A program made the position numbers and the translations under genes. Shown here one piece after another: positions 1 to 22,120 of a stretch of 38,274 nt of DNA. Within the stretch, counting starts at the first letter, position 1. Each line of letters opens with the position of its first letter. This DNA is from Macrostomum lignano. Taxonomy: Eukaryota. A model generated the notes under the pieces. That model saw nothing but the letters and a program-made list of their open reading frames with translations, searched no databases and had not been told where the DNA came from. The stretch lies in NCBI GenBank assembly GCA_002269645.1, contig NIVC01002685.1:1-38274 (forward strand), given 5' to 3'.

Positions 1-757
1 CGGCTGCAGCTGCCAAGCAAGCCAGAGAGAAACTAATCGAGGACCACGCGAACGAAGGGCACACCTTGCTCGCGTCCGTGCAATTCGTCTGATTGCTAAC
101 TAGACTCGAGAAAGAGCGCTAGAGAAAGCCAGGCACAATGTCGTGCGGTGCCTTTGGTGGCAGCGCAGCTGCGGCGGCGTGGAGGCGTCGGCGGCGGCGG
201 CGGCGGCGGCGGCAGCATCGGCATGCCGGGAGGCTTTTGCCGCGCCGCGTCGTTACGCCGACCGAGGATTCTTTGATCCGTTCTGCATGCCGTAGAAAAC
301 AGCCGGTGCGAGCCCAGCTGCTATTTCAATCCGTTTGTCCACGCCCAGTGCCTCGGAGTCGACATGAACATGGATGGCTTCCGTAAAGACATTCTCAAGT
401 GCAGGAAGACTACAAGAAGGCCGTCTGGGCGGTATTGAAGAAGTACGCGCGTTGGAGAGGGCTCGAACAAGAGTAATAGTACAGTAACATGAACAACAGC
501 CTCAGCAACCACATCAACAGCATGATGCCGGCTTCGATGCCATGAACAAAAATGGCAACAATATGTCCGGCTTCAACCAAGTGCATCCCAACAGCAACAA
601 CATGAACGTGATGAACATGATGGACGTGCTCAACCCGGATGTTGGCGGCTTCTTCGGCGGAAACTCAGCCAATGCCAGGCGCAGCAGAAGCAGCGGCTTC
701 CATCTCGATGATCCGCGATTCACGGGCGTATTTAGGAACCAGCTGCCGCCGATGTGA
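1..757 (+). pseudogene. Disrupted 3' part of an unidentified protein-coding sequence with an Asn/Met-rich C-terminus (pseudogene or poorly polished assembly)
   Basis: Protein-like segments join across frames: AAAAKQAREKLIEDHANEG (frame 3), ..FFDPFCMP / VENSRCEPSCYFNPFVHAQCLGVDMNMDGFRKDILK / QEDYKKAVWAVLKKYARWRGLEQE**YSNMNNSLSNHINSMMPASM / MNKNGNN..FRNQLPPM*. Apparent frameshifts near 291, 400 and 541; in-frame stops at 90, 120, 474 and 477. No family recognised. Confidence 0.35.
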
Positions 758-1350
758 CGCTGGGAAGCAGTGCAGCACCGCGGCGGATCATCGCATCAAG
801 AAAAATGAACAGCCTCGATTTTTTCCAGCTCATCGCACGACTCAACCAGTTTTTTTTGGCCAAGTCCCTTATCTTCAGGAAAAGTCATTTTTTCACGGAC
901 TGTCTGAAGCAGTATTTTTTGTCCTCTACGCCATCAATTATTTTCTTGAATTTGTTGAAGAAACTGTTAACCGCCTCCGGGTCGCAGCCTTATTCGTAAC
1001 CGACTCTGGGCCCGCTAATTCGTTAATCACTACTAAATACACGTACACTCGCGCAGTCAAGAGAATTGCCTTCTTTTATGCCGAGCTTCCAACTTGGCGT
1101 CGCTAAAATATTTTATAGTGGCCGCGGCCGGCCGTTTGCAGCCAAAATTAAATTTGTCTTGTACTTTTTGTGGCTTCATTTAATTGAGAAACTTCATGGA
1201 ATTGAGACGTTTTATGATTATCTAGGCCAGCTATACTAAACGTCTTAGATTTTGAGCTCTACCAAACTTACGAGTACATACTTACAGTTCCTGGCGACAC
1301 TAGTACGGTACCTATTCGGTGTGTGTGCACAGTTGATGCCGATACTTGTA

Positions 1351-2095
1351 CAAGGGCCGATCAGGAGCTTTATTTTTTACATGCTTATAGAAAAATATCT
1401 CAGAGATTCAATGCTCTTGATTTTCAAAACAATATAGCTCATACTGCGGTATTCGTCCGCTAGAGCTTGTAACCATCCAGCGCGATCACATTGGCCTGAG
1501 GAAGCTGACGAGTAGAAACAGGCTGAACTGGTGCCGCCACATTGTGACATGTGACGAGACTTGTGTGTACTGCTGTGGATCCCAGGGTGAGTGCCAGTCT
1601 CAGGTCTCAAGTCAACGAAGGTGCTGCACACCAAGAGCACTACCAGCAAGCAAGTAGTATCCATTTTTTTCCGTCGCTTGGGTCACGTAGCGACTTTGCA
1701 GCTGCCAGACCAACGGACAGTGACTGTGGCTTGGTACACAGGCTTCTGCTTGCCCCAGGTTTTCCGCAGCTTGAGTAGGCGAGTGCTCACGCGGCCCAGG
1801 CAAACAAGACAGTTCTTGAAGGCGCATGGACTGCAGTTGACCAGCCAATCGCCTTACTCACACCTGACTTGGCACCGTGTGACTTTTTTTCTGAAAAATT
1901 CAAAATATGGCCAGCGATTTTCAACTGCAGAGGAGGCTGCTGCGATGCATTTGATGAGGCAGTGGATGGGTGTCCAATTCTGAGTGGCACCACAGCTTTC
2001 ACTCGTAGTTTAAAGAAATGAAGCGCCGTGTACAAGCTGATGGAGAGTACTTTTAAAAGTTGTTTAGAAGTGTGCACAATTCCTGTCGATGCTTG
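1351..2095 (+). mobile_element. Internally deleted, decayed mariner (Tc1/mariner superfamily) DNA transposon
   Basis: Mariner transposase motifs across frames: HIGLRKL, RLNWCR, IVTCDET (cf. IVTGDETW), KQVVSIFF, TVTVAWYT..CLPQVF, PYS-PDLAPCDFF (cf. YSPDLAPxD) and C-terminal EWHHSFHS*FKEMKRRVQADGEYF*. The (H)DNA motif with the second catalytic Asp appears deleted. Imperfect TIRs: caagggccgatcaggagct (1351-1369) versus aattcctgtcgatgcttg (2078-2095), flanked by TA at 1349-1350 and 2096-2097. Confidence 0.85.
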
Positions 2096-3420
2096 TACGG
2101 TATCTAGGTTATGTACATGTACTGACTTGTACTATAGTTACCTGTCGGTGATACTTGCTAAGTACTTCGAAGGTACCTTCGACTTCGTAATTTTTTGTTT
2201 CTTATTTAAATTACACTTGAGCAGTCAAGCTTCCTCTCTGCGCCTTGGTGGTTGGCCCTCGTGCGTGTGAATCGAAAGACTAGCTAAAGGCCAATTTCTG
2301 AGCACAAATTCCAAATGTATGTACGGTGTGTCTGAACCAGGGGTTCTTGTGCAATAGTCAGCTGGTGCGTTTAACACTGATCTGCTCTGTCCCTTACACA
2401 ATGCTTGCTGGTGCTGGTAATTTCGCTGCACCTGATCAGCCTCCCTCGCTTATGGTATCAGTATCTAGATTATAATATCACTCACTAAGATGGACTGTTA
2501 GGAATGCGGCTGTTTCAGTCGATCTAACGGGTTGAAACACTTTGTCAACTTGTTAAGTAGTGCTAGTCGGTGCAATTACGCAATTAATTTATGGCAACTT
2601 TGTCGGCAGTTTATTGACACAGTTTAATCCACACGGTAAATGCTTTTGGGGTAAATGGTCTACCATTAAAAGCACTAGAATTGTAAAATAACTTCATGTA
2701 ACAGGTTATGTCCTCCAGTCAGTCAGTAGGTACCGGAATTGGAGTTTAACTACAGCGCGTCACGGTCCTCACTATAGCCTGGGAGTTGCATTTCAGAGCC
2801 TACTACTTCAGTAGCTGAGAACAATATCCGCCCTGGGACCCCGGGAGAGAGGGAGAGAGACCACAATTGCTCGAGCAACACGAGAGGAGTCGATCAGTGG
2901 TGCCACCCCCTCCCCAAAGCCAGTGCAATTCAGTCTGCTCATTCTGCTGCGCAGCTACCAGAGTAGAAAATCAAGTAGTAAATTTGAAGCGCCACACAAT
3001 GGATAGAAGACTGCTACAGCTGGTGAGAAGTGACCGGCAGTCTGTCAGAGGCTGCAGTATGGCCTGATCGATTGCAGAATGGGCCAGGGGAGCGAACTGT
3101 TGCACCCTCGGATCCTGCAGTTGTTCTGGTCTTCCCTGCATTCGACTCCCCTCAATTCTCTTGTGGTGGCCGGGGGCAGAGCCGGCAAACTGACCACCAA
3201 TGAGTGGGCAGTGCAACTGGCTGCGGTCGACAAAAATCGAGCGAATGTTTTTTTCCACTCAAAATCCGAAGTTGCTTCTCTCTGCGCCACTCTCTAGCTG
3301 GCAATCGCACTTCCGCTTTTGAAGCAATCAGTTCTGCAACAGAGACAGGCCGTAGCTTATCGGTTGCCAGGGTGGGCCGTTCCAGCACAGACGGTAAGTA
3401 GCGGCCAGAGTGTTCGTCGG

Positions 3421-3913
<493 letters not shown>

Positions 3914-4560
3914 GGAACCATTAAAAGTAAATAAATCTGGCAAATAATCAATGGAAAGTTTTTGGAGTCAGACAGAATCCTATAATGGAACATTCAGAAT
4001 TCAGAAATGGATATTTCTCAGTCATTCAAATTCTGCCAATCACTGGCAGCTGCCTGCCGGACCCGTGAAGCCGAATGAGTTTCCAACTGATTTCTTAGAA
4101 AATGGTCGGAATTTTTCGGGTCATTTCATGGAGAAATAGGTGTGCTAGATAAAGTCTGAGAGACAGGCGGCGCAGCCCCTGGCTCCATCGGACAGACACG
4201 AGGGCACGATGTGGCACGGAGGCTGGGGCAGATGTGAGAGAGAGGATAATTCCAGAGGATAAAGCCGCATGCCATGTCCAGATGATGGACGGGAGCGGCC
4301 GCATAAATCCTTGGAACACTGCTGAGTGCGTGTCAGGTGCCGCCCGTCAGAACTCGATGTCGAATATCGCATCGAAAGCAGCGAGATAATGAAAAGTGCA
4401 TGGTAAAATAAACACGTCAGTTCATTAGCCTGCCAAAACCTCACCTGTGCCTGTTTTGCAGGAGTTCGCTATTTTCATTATTTGTATCTTCTTTCCTGGC
4501 TTCTAATGGCCGCAGACCCAGTTATCGCTCAAACTTTCAGCTTCATACGACAAGTATCTG

Positions 4561-14814
<10,254 letters not shown>

Positions 14815-15113
14815 TGCCTTCGCATATATTCGAAGACAAGGAGCGCTCTGCTTGGATGCAATGCTAATACTAGCAATGTTTTTGTTCTTCCTTTCTGCCT
14901 CTTTCTTCCAGTTTTTGTTGTGCACACCTGGTTAGAAACTTCAAATTCAGGTGTCTCAGTCTTAAGCAGTATCTTTGAAGAGTGTGTTCAGTTGTACACG
15001 CAGGCCCAAAACCCAAGCTCAATAATACCGACTCTGTTTTGAGCAGATGCTTTCTACTATGGTCAATTTATCTCACTCCATAGTAGAAAGCACTGCGAGG
15101 TCTTAGTCTCTAC

Positions 15114-15698
15114 AATGTACACTCGGCCCCACCCATTCCGATCCTAAATGTACACGTACCCGGCCCCACCCCTATTTCCGATTTTAAATGTACACACCCG
15201 GCCCCACCCATTCCGATTAAATGTACACCGGGCCCACCCCCATTCCCGATCCTAAATGTAAACCCGGCCCCACCCACCCATTCCCAATCCTAAATGTACA
15301 CCCGGCCCCACCCACCCATTCCCGATCCTAAATGTACACCCGGCCCCACCCCCCATTCCCGATCCTAAATATACACCCGGCCCCACCCCTATTTCCCATT
15401 AAATGTACAACCGGGCCCACCCCCATTCCCGATCCTAAATGTACAACTGGCCCCACCCCCATTACCGATTTTAAATATACAACTGGCCCCACTCCCATTC
15501 CCGATCCTAAATGTACACCCGGCCCCACCCCCATTCCCGAAGCTAAATGTATACCCGGCCTCACCCCTATTTTCGATTTCAAATGTACACCCGGCCCCAC
15601 CCCCCATTCCAATCCTAAATGCACACCCGGCCCACCCCCTCCATTCCCGATCCTAAATGTACACCCGGCCCAAACTCCATTCCCGATGCTAAATGTAA
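15114..15698. repeat. 36-bp minisatellite (TAAATGTACACCCGGCCCCACCCCCATTCCCGATCC) downstream of the iGluR gene
   Basis: About 15 diverged units seen directly. Confidence 0.93.
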
Positions 15699-17365
15699 AT
15701 ATGCATACGACACAACCTCATTTAGTTCTAAATGCGCATCCAACAAAATAGCTCTCTTTCCCAAACGCAAAATACCAATCAATCCACACAGTCACTTTCG
15801 ACGTATTATTAATTCTTTTCTCTAAAGCGACGCCGAAGCCATCAAATTACTGCACAGTCAGTGGTTATCCGACTACTGACCCATCCGTATATTATTTCAA
15901 GTTTGACTTGGTGAAGGAAACGCCTAGTTAATCCAGTTTTCAATTACTTTTTTCTAGCTATCTAATTACGAAAACTGTTATTTAAAAAATTATAATAGTT
16001 TACGAAATAAATGAGACCCACTAAGTGTTACTTTTCTCGACTAAATAATTAGCGCTTTTAAGTCCTTTTGTTAATACTATGGGTGCAATAATAGTTCCTA
16101 ACTAAACTAGCCTAGATGTAATTATCACCGATATTTTTCATAAAAGCTTTATCGGAATTTAAGTTGCTAAGAATATAGCATCAAGATTTAACGAGGCTGC
16201 CTTGGCAGCAGACTGATAACAGTTTCCTGAAACCAAATGTGCCATGTCAGGCCGGTGGCGTTGCATACATGTAAGCACGAAACTTCACAAGTCGAAAACT
16301 TATGTTTTGTTTTTTTGAAGTTTCGAGCTTTTGAAGTTAGCCACTTCGACGATGTGCAATTTCGAGCTTGTCAAAGGGATCCGTCAGACCAAACTACTCT
16401 TAATTCAGTAGCTGACGCGCATATTGCAGCAAAAATTAGAAATCAAGAATCAAAACACCAAGACAATTTAGCGTCAATTTTTCTGGGGTAGCAGAGCGAT
16501 CACGTGGATTATTTATTTTGGTAAGTGTGAACTATTTGTACTGTCAATAATAATAAAAATAGCCCAAGTGCGCTAAGACCTTTTAGTTATAACAGCATTG
16601 CCAGCCAGCATATGGGGCCCCGGTCAGGTTAATCACGAATTTTGCGCTGCATACTTACGCGCTACGCTTATGAAAAAAGGGCCGCCCCTGTCACCCGTTG
16701 GCAGGTGTTGGATGAAACAGACGACCCTCCGCCCTCCATCTGCCGGCTCATCTATAATTACACTTGTTGAAGAAACGGCAGCGCTGCTTACAAGTTGGAA
16801 CTATCCATCTGCAATAATGGCCGTGTGTTCGTCTGCCTGTGTGCCTCGGCATGCTGCTCCCTTCTTTCCGCCTTCCGTGTCTTCTACTCATTATGCACCC
16901 CCTCTATACTTTCGCTGATTTGAGATGCGGCAGCGAAATTGCAGGGTTTGCCAGCCAGCCGAGCGGAAAGATGTTCGCGGCCGTGCATGGCAACTCGCGA
17001 GCCCCTCTCGCTGCTCGACCGTGATGACGTCATCAGGACAAGGGCCGGCCCGCCTCGAGGAAGCTGAGAGAAGGAAGAAACTCAAGCTCATCACAAAAGC
17101 AGAGGAGAAAAAGCAGAAGTGCAGCAACGATGCTGCAGTTTAGCCATGCAGTTTGCAGCTTCAGTTTCACTGCAATGTTTGCTAAAAGATGCGATTGCTT
17201 TGAGTGCACTCGAAATGAAGCCCGTCCTGATATTGAATGGCTGAATACTTTGTTGTGGGCAAAAGCTTGATTTTAGTTTGTCTCTTTAACGACAAAATTG
17301 CGTGCTACAGCCCACATCGGAGCAGTCCCATCTGAGCAGTCCCATCTGAGCAGTCCCATCTCTAT

Positions 17366-17598
<233 letters not shown>

Positions 17599-18120
17599 CT
17601 TTGTAAATAAGCAAAACGCAATAAAATTGCTGTAATTGCCAACTATAAACATTTTATCAGCAAGTTGTGCTGCTAGATATGATGAAATCTGAACTTTATT
17701 TTTGAATTCAACCCATGACGATGTCACAACAAACAGGCAATCATACTCGTACATGAAACTGGGTCTCACCGTCCTGCTCTGGCAGCAGAGCTACAGAAAA
17801 AGCAGAACAAAATCACTCAGGTGTAAATCCCGAGCGCTACAAATGACTTTGCTTTGTACACACATGAATCCTATTGAAGTATAAAAATTTACATAAAATG
17901 GCAAACTAACGCATACAGATCCTAATTCCTAACATCAAGATTGAATTTGTGACATTTGAACGGGCATTATAAACTACTTACATATCGCTGTCAGACTTCC
18001 AGCTACACAAAGTAGTGATAGAATCGGGGTTTGATTCAAAGAATTTCGAATACATCCGTGTGGCTTAACCGACAACTTGAAGGTAGGAAATTTAGTTTGC
18101 TAGGGGGGGGGCGCAGGCAG

Positions 18121-18171
18121 GCTCACACAGGGTGTACACAGCGGCCCTGACTTTGCAATCTTCAGGCATGT
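18121..18171 (+). repeat. Short dispersed element, copy 3 (partial), 3' of the GPCR
   Basis: gctcacacagggtgtacacagcggccctgactttgcaatcttcaggcatgt matches 11863-11910. Confidence 0.8.
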
Positions 18172-18328
18172 TTTAGTTACTCCTCATCCGGCCCAGGCGA
18201 GAGCCTGAAGCGTTACCGCTGGGCAACTCTGTGCTCGCACTGAAAGGTCATAGTGTACCTTGAATTCAATTCGCATGCATTGATACTGCAATAGTAATAT
18301 CAGTTATATAACTCCCTGCAAGCTCGCC

Positions 18329-19786
18329 TCAATGCTGGATTCGAACCCCGACCTCCTGACCGTCGTTGATCAGAATTCGAACCGACTGCCGTCCCGCCCC
18401 AGCGGTGGCAGCCTCCGACGCAGCATTCGGACGTCGCCTCCCGCCGAGGCGGCACAGCAGCAGCCGGAAGGCGTCGCGGAAGTCCCGGGACAGCAGCGCG
18501 TAGACGTAGGGGTTGATGGCGCTGTTGCAGTAGCCCATCCAGAAAAACACGTCGAACAGCGGCTCCGGGACGCAGCGGTTGCAGAAGGCGCCGAGCACGT
18601 AGACGGAGAAGAACGGCAGCCAGCAGACGGTGAAGGTCACGCCGATGACGGCGAGCATCCGGGCGGCCTTGGTCTCATTGTAGATGCTCTTCAGCCGCAG
18701 GTCGCCGGGGGCGCGCTTGCGCAAGCCCGGCAAGATGCTGGTGGAGGCGCGCCGGTTCTGCAGCTGCTGCAGATGGTGCCGGTGCAGGTGGCAGCTCTGA
18801 TGGCCCACGCTTGGCGCGAAGGACAGTCGGCGAGTCGGCGGAGCGTAGTCCGGCGTGAGGAATGTGGCGCTTCCCGATGGAGCGGCGGGAGCGGCGGCGG
18901 TGGCGACGCCCAAATCGCCGCTGGTGCGGCTGCGCACCACGTCGCAGGAGGATCTCCGACGAACAGCGGAGGACGGCAGAGTTCCGCCGGCCGCGGCGAT
19001 CGCCAGATTGGAAGCAGACGCGGCGCTGCCGCCGAGGTGCACTCGCAGCACGCAGGTGTCCGGACAGTCGCTGGTGATGCTGGAGCCGGAGCTCTTTCGA
19101 CTCTTAAGCACCATCTCGCCGCGGCGCACGTTTTGGATGGTGCGGCGCACGGCTCGGTAGATCTCCAGGTAGAAGTACAGCATCACAGCAGCCGGCAGGA
19201 AGAACGAGCCGCTGGCCGAGTAGATGATGTAAGCGATGGAGGACTGGTTGATGCTGCACTCCATGTAGTGCGTGCAGTTGCCAGGCGAGTTTCCCGGCAT
19301 GAGCTGCAGCATAGGCGGGAAGCTGATGCCGAACGCCAGCAGCCAGGAGAGCGCCACCAGACAGCGGGCCCGCTTCAAAGTCATGAGCTTCGGATAGCGA
19401 ATCGGATGCTTGATGGCGAAGAATCGATCCGAAGCGATCAGCACCAGGTTGAGGATGCTGGCGGTGCAGCAGAGCACGTCCAGCACCATCCAGGCCCGGC
19501 ACAGGCGCGGCCCGAATATCCACTGCTTGTGCATGACCTGGTTCACGATGGAGAACGGCATCACGGCCACGCTCAGGAGCAGGTCGCTCACCGCCAGGCT
19601 GCTGATGAAGACGTTGGTCACGCCACGTTTCTTCAGCTTCTCGAAGGTGAGCGCGGCCGCTATGACCAGCATGTTGCCGACAAACACAACAACGTCGAGT
19701 AGCGACAGCAGGCCGCCAGTGACGAAATCCCAGGGCGACAAGGCGAATGTAGACGTGCAGTTACTGCCAGATTCGTTTTCGTCCAT
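18329..19786 (-). CDS. Intronless class A biogenic-amine GPCR, most like alpha1-adrenergic-like (OAMB/Oct-alpha1 type) octopamine receptors; 485 aa
   Basis: Seven hydrophobic segments. Motifs: TM1 GN, TM2 LAVSD, TM3 Asp3.32 (LDVLCCTASILNL), DRF in place of DRY, TM5 Ser5.42/5.46 (YSASGSFFLP), long IL3, ETKAARML, CWLPFF, FFWMGYCNSAINPYVY..SRDFRDAF. The first in-frame ATG is at 19786 (MDENESGSNCTS, with N-glycosylation sequons); the track's start at 19852 is a TTG. A dopamine Dop1R2/INDR-type receptor is the main alternative assignment. Confidence 0.93.
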   Translation of the reverse strand: MDENESGSNCTSTFALSPWDFVTGGLLSLLDVVVFVGNMLVIAAALTFEKLKKRGVTNVFISSLAVSDLLLSVAVMPFSIVNQVMHKQWIFGPRLCRAWMVLDVLCCTASILNLVLIASDRFFAIKHPIRYPKLMTLKRARCLVALSWLLAFGISFPPMLQLMPGNSPGNCTHYMECSINQSSIAYIIYSASGSFFLPAAVMLYFYLEIYRAVRRTIQNVRRGEMVLKSRKSSGSSITSDCPDTCVLRVHLGGSAASASNLAIAAAGGTLPSSAVRRRSSCDVVRSRTSGDLGVATAAAPAAPSGSATFLTPDYAPPTRRLSFAPSVGHQSCHLHRHHLQQLQNRRASTSILPGLRKRAPGDLRLKSIYNETKAARMLAVIGVTFTVCWLPFFSVYVLGAFCNRCVPEPLFDVFFWMGYCNSAINPYVYALLSRDFRDAFRLLLCRLGGRRRPNAASEAATAGAGRQSVRILINDGQEVGVRIQH

Positions 19787-20394
19787 TGCTTCCGTGATGA
19801 AGTCTAGTGGGCTTGAGAAGCTGCTAGGAGATTGCCTATGCCTGCAGCTCAAGGCCTGACAAGCGTAGAATTATCTAGTCTTCAGTCGGGCGCCTCCCAG
19901 CCAATGAGCTGCATGCTAGTGCTCAACAGGCTTATAACAGACGAATGGCTTATAAATTTGCGGCATATGCCTCTCTCTATGACAGATTTAAATTGCTCGG
20001 CCACCCGGATGATAAAAGGAGCAGAATGTTTGAGCTCAGACTCACACTGAGTCAGTGATCTCTCGCCATTGTCTCTGCTAGGCTTGCACTATACTTACGT
20101 AAGTCACTGACTCTACACACCAGCTATTTCCAGTGCATTCTTATCTTTCATTTTAACGATTTTTCGCGACGCAAAATCCGCCAACGATGCATTAAGCAGG
20201 TAAAATGGCGATTATCGATGCGCTGCTCAGCGCCTGCGGGCTGTGGCATATTTCAGGCATCTTCGAAAAAAGGCCAGTATTGACGAGTCAGGAGATCCTC
20301 ACAGAAAATTATACGGAACAGCTGTCTACTGAAGTAGAAGAGAAAGCCTTAGTAAACACACAGCAAGCAGCAATTACTTACAGTAGTACGCATG

Positions 20395-21436
20395 AAACAC
20401 GAGGCATCACTGCTTCACCCTTATATTCGTGAGGCATCACTGCTTCACCCCAATATCCGTGAGGCATCACTGCTTCACCCCAATACCCGTGAGCATCACT
20501 GCTTCACCCCAATATCCGTGAGGCATCACTGCTTCACCGGCCAATATCGGCGTCAGGCATCACTGCTTCACCCTTATATTCGTGAGGCATCACTGCTTCA
20601 CCCCAATATCCGTGAGGCATCACTGCTTCACCCCAATATCCGTGAGGCATCACTGCTTCACCCCAATATCCGTGAGGGATCACTGCTTCACCCCAATATC
20701 CGTGAGGCATCACTGCTTCACCCAAATATCCGTGAGGCATCACTGCTTCACCCAAATACCCGTGAGCATCACTGCTTCACCCCAATATCCGTGAGGCATC
20801 ACTTCTTCACCCCAATATCCGTGAGGCATCACTGCTTCACCCAAATATCCGTGAGGCATCACTGCTTCACCCCAATATCCGTGAGGCATCACTGCTTCAC
20901 CCCAATATCCGTAAGGCATCACTGCTTCACCCCAATATACGTAAGGCATCACTGCTTCACTCCAATATCCGTAAGGCATCACTGCTTCACCCCAATATCC
21001 GTAAGGCATCACTGCTTCACCCCAATATACGTAAGGCATCACTGCTTCACCCCAATATCCGTAAGGCATCACTGCTTCACCCCAATATCCGTAAGGCATC
21101 ACTGCTTCACCCCAATATCCGTGAGGCATCACTGCTTCACCCCAATATCCGTAAGGCATCACTGCTTCACCCCAATATCCGTAAGGCATCACTGCTTCAC
21201 CCCAATATCCGTAAGGCATCACTGCTTCACCCCAATATACGTAAGGCATCACTGCTTCACCCCAATATACGTAAGGCATCACTGCTTCACCCCAATATAC
21301 GTAAGGCATCACTGCTTCACTCCAATATCCGTAAGGCATCGTTGCTCCACCCCAATATTCGTGAGGCAGCACCCCTCCACCCCAATATCCGTGAGACAGC
21401 ACCCCTCCACCCGAATATCCGTGAGGCAGCACCCCT
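20395..21436. repeat. 30-bp minisatellite (GTRAGGCATCACTGCTTCACCCCAATATCC), about 34 units, roughly 0.6 kb upstream of the GPCR start
   Basis: Head-to-tail units with no unique spacers. Confidence 0.97.
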
Positions 21437-21479
21437 AGATGACTAAGTTAACAAATAAATTGCTAGTCATAGAAGCCAA

Positions 21480-22120
21480 GACTCAAAGCAAGTATGAGCG
21501 CAAAAGGTAACGTTTTATTGATGCTAGCAGCAGACGGAACCGCACTATAAGGTCTCCATTGCTGCGGTGCCAAGGCTGGATCAGTGAAAGAAAAAAAGGA
21601 TATACTGAATAAACTGGCACTCTTTTCAGCTTGAACCTGCATATTCTGAACTGATGGATACGAATCGATCAATATCCGATGACGAACGCGAACAGAATAG
21701 GGAAAATCCCAGTAGACTGGTAAAGTGCGCAAGTGTTGCGTTGCTTGAGAAGAGGAGAGAAACCGACATAAATTGAAGACAGCTATCAGTCATGTGATCG
21801 CATAGTGACCAATGCTGTGTCCGCAGATACAAGTAACAACTAAAAAAGGATGTAATAGATAGAATAATAATTGAATAAGGAGAACAGCTGCGGACTTAAG
21901 AGGACATTGGCTGGTTGTATGCAGCTTTGGGAATAAAGATTTTTATAAGATCATTTACGTATAAGCATCTGAGGGATAAAAAACAATCCTAGACAACTGA
22001 TAATAATAGTAGTGGATTATACTTGTTTAATAATTATCGGCATAGCAACTGAACGATAAAGGCCATATTTATAGAAATATATAATATATAATAATAATTT
22101 TTATTCGAAATTAAACATAC
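21480..22120 (+). mobile_element. Possible heavily decayed non-LTR retrotransposon reverse-transcriptase fragment
   Basis: Fragments across frames resemble the order of LINE RT motifs: GKIPVDW*SA (cf. IPxDWK), VALLEKRRETD, KENSCGLKR (cf. EQCGFR), QLWE*RF, WIIL..GI..IKAI. Many stops and shifts; weak. Confidence 0.3.

Noticed and set aside
3034-3420. Frame that continues across a single TAG (3295) up to the TCTA array
   Set aside because: No recognisable domain or clear exon boundaries; cannot be distinguished from chance.
4531-4560. TTTCAG 21 nt upstream of the iGluR ATG as an SL trans-splice acceptor
   Set aside because: Indistinguishable from a 5' UTR cis-intron acceptor or a chance motif without transcript data.
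16925-17143. Lys/Glu-rich ORF (STVMTSS..RLEEAERRKKLK) reminiscent of pogo-type transposase C-termini
   Set aside because: Short and low-complexity, with no DDE core or TIRs recognised.
18332-19702. 456-aa antisense ORF over the GPCR (and similar antisense ORFs over SERCA and iGluR exons)
   Set aside because: Expected shadow of GC-rich codon usage on the opposite strand; no recognisable motifs and the limits coincide with the sense gene.
20395-21436. 30-bp repeat array as a CRISPR array
   Set aside because: Units are head-to-tail with no unique spacers, there are no cas genes, and the context is eukaryotic. The same applies to the 34-, 36- and 29/45-bp arrays.
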